Below are positions 60,069 through 64,000 of a stretch of 64,000 nt of DNA, piece by piece (positions within the stretch are counted from its first letter, which is position 1; each line of letters starts with the position of its first letter). Both the position numbers and the translations under genes were made by a program. Below the pieces are notes generated by a model that was given only the letters and a program-made list of their open reading frames with translations, did not search any database and had not been told where the DNA came from. Source of the DNA: an uncultured Acidobacteriota bacterium (lineage in GTDB: Bacteria; Acidobacteriota; Blastocatellia; RBC074); contig CAWCKY010000007.1 of NCBI GenBank assembly GCA_963796275.1, positions 608,001 to 672,000 on the forward strand, in the 5' to 3' direction.

Positions 60069-63032
60069 ATGACCAGCAGGAAGGCCTTGATAATTGTGTT
60101 TTGGATGGTGCTGTTCGCCTATGTAGATGCGATCGGGCAAACGTTGACATCCACGCTCTCCGGGACCACTCGCGATCAAGCGGGGGGCGCCATCCCGGGA
60201 GCCGGCATTACGGTAAAGAACCTTTTAACTGGCGCGTTTCGGACGATCAAGACCGATGGCGAGGGCAGATATTCCATGCTCAACCTGGACCCCGGTAAAT
60301 ACGAACTGCGCGCCGAAGCGCCAGGATATAGGACCACGCTTCACGGCCCGGTGATCCTGACGGTCGGCGGTACGACATCACTGGACATCACACTGGAAGT
60401 GGGCACGGTCAGCGATGCGATCCACGTCGAAGGTCAGGAGGCATTGATCGAGCCATCGAAGGTAGAAGTCAGCCGCGTCATCGCGACGCAGGAGATCGAG
60501 GCGTTACCCAACATCGGGCGCAATTTCGTAGACTTCGTCAAACTCTCGAGCGGGGTTGCCCCCGGACGCGAGAATGTCGGCGGCGGACCATTCAAAGAAC
60601 CCGACACCGGCGTCGGCGCGTCAGCTGCGCCGAGGTTGGCTTTCGGCGGCCAGACGGAGCTCAATACCATGATCCAGGTGGATGGCGTCGATAATATTCA
60701 GACCTTCACCGGCCTGCCGCGAGCCACGCCGTCACAGGAGGCGGCACGTGAGTTTCGCATTCTCAATACTACTTATCTGGCCGAATATGGCAGGGCGCTG
60801 GGCGGATTCGTAAATATCGTTACCAAAACCGGAGGCAACGAAGTCAACGGTTCTGCGTACTACTTTGGGATGAATGATGCGCTCAATGCGCGGTCGATCC
60901 TCAATCCGCCCGAGGCCAATGCGCTGCGGCAGAATCAATACGGCGCGACCATTGGCGGACCGATCAGCAAGACCAGAACCTTCTACTTTGGCAATTACGA
61001 GGGGCAGCGGCGCGGTGAATCGAACCGCTTCTCGCAGGTGATCCAGGACAATTTCGACACTCTCAATGCGATGCGTGCACGTTTCGGACTGCAGCCGGAG
61101 GTGCTCGATCAGTTGCGCACAAACGACTACGATCAATTCCTGCTCAAACTCGATCATCACTTCAATGAGCGGCACAGTATCACGGCGCGATATAACTTTC
61201 TCGACTCCGAGACTCGCAATTTTCTCGGGGGCGGCGGGCGAGCCTCGCCGGCATCGAGCACGGCGCGCAACAATCAGACGCGCGATCAAGCGCTCGTCGT
61301 GAGCGCGACCTCGATCATCTCACCGGTGGTGGTCAATGAAGCGCGCGTGCAGTTGGCGCGGCGCAATTTCGATTTCCGGCCTGTGCTCAAAGAGCCGGAC
61401 CTTGAGGTCTCCAATCTCCTTCTCACCGGAAAAAGCACCTCGGATTCGGATTTCTACAAAGAAGATCGCCTCCAGTTGGTAGAGAATTTGACCGGCACCA
61501 TAGGCGGGCATCAGTTGAAAGGCGGAGTGGATTTCAGTTATTTGACCGATAATGCCCAATGGAACGTCTTCTTTCCCGTCAGAATAATCTTTCCGACTCT
61601 CAATGATCTGCTCAACTTCACTCCGTCTTCGACCTCGGGCGTGGCCAATTTCTGGTGGCCTATGCTGTCGACGGCGACGGCGCATCCGGGGTTTCCGTTG
61701 CCATTTCAAAACGATGTTCCTCCGGAATGGGTAGAGTCCACGCTCTTCCAGATGAACCACAGCTCTTACGGCTTCTTCGTCCAGGACCAATGGAAGGCGA
61801 CGAGTAAGCTGACGTTGAGCTACGGCCTACGCTACGATTTCGAGCATTACCCTTCGCGTTATCTCGCGCAGCGTGACCTCAATAACTTCCAACCGCGTGT
61901 GGGCCTGGCCTATGCGCCGGCGAGCAAAACGGTGATCCGCGCCGGCTTCGGCATCTTTCATGATCGGATCGCGTCCAGTGTGGGGCAGGTCTTCACCGCC
62001 GCCGAATGGTCGAGCCGCGGCAACCTGGCGAACGCCGGTCTGTTGTTTCCGGGCGTAGCTCCAGTGCCCGGAAGGTTTCTGCAGTTGAACGTGCTCGGTC
62101 CCGCTGCGACCCCCGCTGCACTCACTTTTCTCGCGACGGGCCAAGCTCCGGCGACCGGTGTTACGAATCTGACTGATAACCTCAATGCGCTCCTTCGTAC
62201 GCCGTACAGCGAGCAGACGAGCCTGCAGGTCTCGCAAGAGATCGGCGGCGGCGTGGCATTATCGGCGAGCTATCTCTTAGTGCACGGAGTGAAACTGATC
62301 GGCCACACACCCAATCTCAATGCTGTGTTGAATGGCGAGGTGCCGGGAGTGCCGGGGAAACCGCGTATCGGCGGCCGCCTATTTCCTGAATTGGGCAACT
62401 TTCACGTCAATACCAATCTGGGCGATTCGATCTATCACGGCGGCACCTTCGAGGCAGAGAAGCGATTCAGCCGCGGCCTGAGCTTTCACGCCAGCTATAC
62501 ATTCTCCAAGACGATTGGGAATGTTGATTCGGTGACGAATCTGGGCGATATTGCGGAAGGGCTGAATTTGCGCGATGAACGCGGGCTCTCGCGCCAGCAC
62601 GTGGGGCATCGATTCACGCTCAGTTTCGTCGGCGAGATTCCCAGAACGGCTTCCGTGATCCGAGGATTCAAGGTCAGCAGCCTGATCTCGGTTGAGAGCG
62701 GGCGTCCCTTCAACGTCTCCACGGGATTCGATGCCAACGGTGACGGCAATCCGTTATCGGATCGCCCGGGATTTCTGGGACGCAATACGCTGATCGGCCC
62801 CGGCTATGCCTCGGTCGATCTGCGCATAGCTCGTCCGGTGAGGCTTACCGAACGGTTGAGCAGTGAATTCAGTCTCGATTTCTTCAATCTGTTAAACCGC
62901 GTGAATATTCGGGACCTCAACACGGTCTATGGCAGTCCTACTCTGACGGTTGTGCCGATCGCCAGCTTTAATACGCCGCGCGATGTCTTCAACCCCCGTC
63001 AATTGCAGGTTGGCGTTAAATTGAGATTCTGA
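60069..63032 (+). CDS. TonB-dependent receptor with carboxypeptidase-regulatory-like N-domain
   Basis: LSGTTRDQAGGAIPGA, QDQWKATSKLTLSYGLRYD, terminal RQLQVGVKLRF; AGGAGG RBS. Confidence 0.9.
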   Translation: MTSRKALIIVFWMVLFAYVDAIGQTLTSTLSGTTRDQAGGAIPGAGITVKNLLTGAFRTIKTDGEGRYSMLNLDPGKYELRAEAPGYRTTLHGPVILTVGGTTSLDITLEVGTVSDAIHVEGQEALIEPSKVEVSRVIATQEIEALPNIGRNFVDFVKLSSGVAPGRENVGGGPFKEPDTGVGASAAPRLAFGGQTELNTMIQVDGVDNIQTFTGLPRATPSQEAAREFRILNTTYLAEYGRALGGFVNIVTKTGGNEVNGSAYYFGMNDALNARSILNPPEANALRQNQYGATIGGPISKTRTFYFGNYEGQRRGESNRFSQVIQDNFDTLNAMRARFGLQPEVLDQLRTNDYDQFLLKLDHHFNERHSITARYNFLDSETRNFLGGGGRASPASSTARNNQTRDQALVVSATSIISPVVVNEARVQLARRNFDFRPVLKEPDLEVSNLLLTGKSTSDSDFYKEDRLQLVENLTGTIGGHQLKGGVDFSYLTDNAQWNVFFPVRIIFPTLNDLLNFTPSSTSGVANFWWPMLSTATAHPGFPLPFQNDVPPEWVESTLFQMNHSSYGFFVQDQWKATSKLTLSYGLRYDFEHYPSRYLAQRDLNNFQPRVGLAYAPASKTVIRAGFGIFHDRIASSVGQVFTAAEWSSRGNLANAGLLFPGVAPVPGRFLQLNVLGPAATPAALTFLATGQAPATGVTNLTDNLNALLRTPYSEQTSLQVSQEIGGGVALSASYLLVHGVKLIGHTPNLNAVLNGEVPGVPGKPRIGGRLFPELGNFHVNTNLGDSIYHGGTFEAEKRFSRGLSFHASYTFSKTIGNVDSVTNLGDIAEGLNLRDERGLSRQHVGHRFTLSFVGEIPRTASVIRGFKVSSLISVESGRPFNVSTGFDANGDGNPLSDRPGFLGRNTLIGPGYASVDLRIARPVRLTERLSSEFSLDFFNLLNRVNIRDLNTVYGSPTLTVVPIASFNTPRDVFNPRQLQVGVKLRF

Positions 63033-63446
63033 GGATGTAAACTTGTACTATATCGCAGGGTATACCGAATGCTGCCGGTCTTTGCCGCAAGGATACGTAT
63101 TACCCAATGGCTTTCGAAGAAGAGTCGCGCAGGCTGATCGCACAACGGGTTCCGACAGTGAAGCGCATGTCGCGACGGAGAGGGATGCGATCGACTTCGC
63201 CTGCAATGCGGTGAACATCTGACGTCTGGTTATTTTAAATGAGATGACTCCGGAATTGATGAACGATTGGCACATGCTGAATTTGAGGTGGCGCAGACCC
63301 AATTGAGCCGTCGTTATTATTCTTCCTGAAATGCAGGCCTTGTGCGGTCTTACGTCAACTGTAACCGATGCCTGTCAGGGCATTCGGTCTACAGCCTTGC
63401 TAAGCACCTGATAATTGGATCCCGCTGTTAAACAGCGGGAGCATGG

Positions 63447-64000
63447 TTACTTTGTCTTTTGCTTTTCTCTACTCACCTCGCAAGCAAGATTATCCATCTC
63501 GACTACCAATGCTAGCGCAAGTCTATATCCCAAATAGACACTGGTTGAATTTACTTTTGTAACTTGATCATTTCTCGTATGTAATACTTCTGTCCATCCA
63601 TTCCCTACGGCACTGATCGTTACTGCCGGGATTTTCTTCTCTATGAATGGGATCGAATCCGCTCCAGCCTCAGGAATGCTTATCTTGGTAAAGGGCATCT
63701 TCATTCGCTGCGCAAGCTCTGTCATGCTATTGACCAATGTTTTGCTCGATGCATTCTCCAGAACTTGCGGGGCTGCCATACCCAAACTGTCTATATTGAC
63801 CATCGCACAGTATTGGCTTACTTCTTCTTTCTTTATACCCCGCACCATTGCCTTTGAACCGAGTAAGCCTTCTTCCTCCTTTCCGAAAGCAGCAAAGATC
63901 AATGTCTTCTGCAACTGGACATCTTTGAGACTTCTGTAGATATGCGTCAGTGCTACAATGCCTGTCCAATTATCTATAGCACCACATCCATCCCGAGACT
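63447..64000 (-). CDS. M28-family peptidase, C-terminal part (runs off the window)
   Basis: GAIDNWTG, EEEGLLGS, NIDSLG, ADSIPF, LHTRND zinc-ligand motifs. Confidence 0.85.
   Translation of the reverse strand, partial: SRDGCGAIDNWTGIVALTHIYRSLKDVQLQKTLIFAAFGKEEEGLLGSKAMVRGIKKEEVSQYCAMVNIDSLGMAAPQVLENASSKTLVNSMTELAQRMKMPFTKISIPEAGADSIPFIEKKIPAVTISAVGNGWTEVLHTRNDQVTKVNSTSVYLGYRLALALVVEMDNLACEVSREKQKTK

Noticed and set aside
63048-63302. 84-aa minus-strand ORF
   Set aside because: No recognisable motif or clear RBS; cannot be supported.

Overview
This is a 64 kb bacterial chromosomal window, probably from Acidobacteriota (inferred from an ADOP-type permease remnant, two carboxypeptidase-regulatory-domain TonB-dependent receptors, and an ECF sigma/Ser-Thr kinase pair). 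It holds about 45 CDS: transporters, peptidases, signalling proteins, back-to-back sdhCAB and frdABCD operons, and a minus-strand run of small accessory genes. I saw no rRNA, tRNA, CRISPR array or transposase. The most striking unexplained signal is at about 6150-6800: two tandem ~180-nt elements that fold into the same four-way-junction structure with compensatory changes and G-U pairs (indicating the + strand) and conserved GGA/AGGGAGG/GGAGGAG motifs in the unpaired segments. They are a candidate novel CsrB/Rsm-like or ribosome-decoy RNA array. Other notable items are a REP-derived 153-bp tandem array with higher-order structure, a MITE nested in a REP, a ~1500-aa di-heme/QW-repeat/HEAT protein, a prolyl oligopeptidase/beta-lactamase-fold fusion, a ThDP enzyme with a Tat-like leader, and a protease/inhibitor pair. 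Several single-base +1 frameshifts are probably sequencing errors. All calls were made by eye from sequence and motifs; no searches were run.
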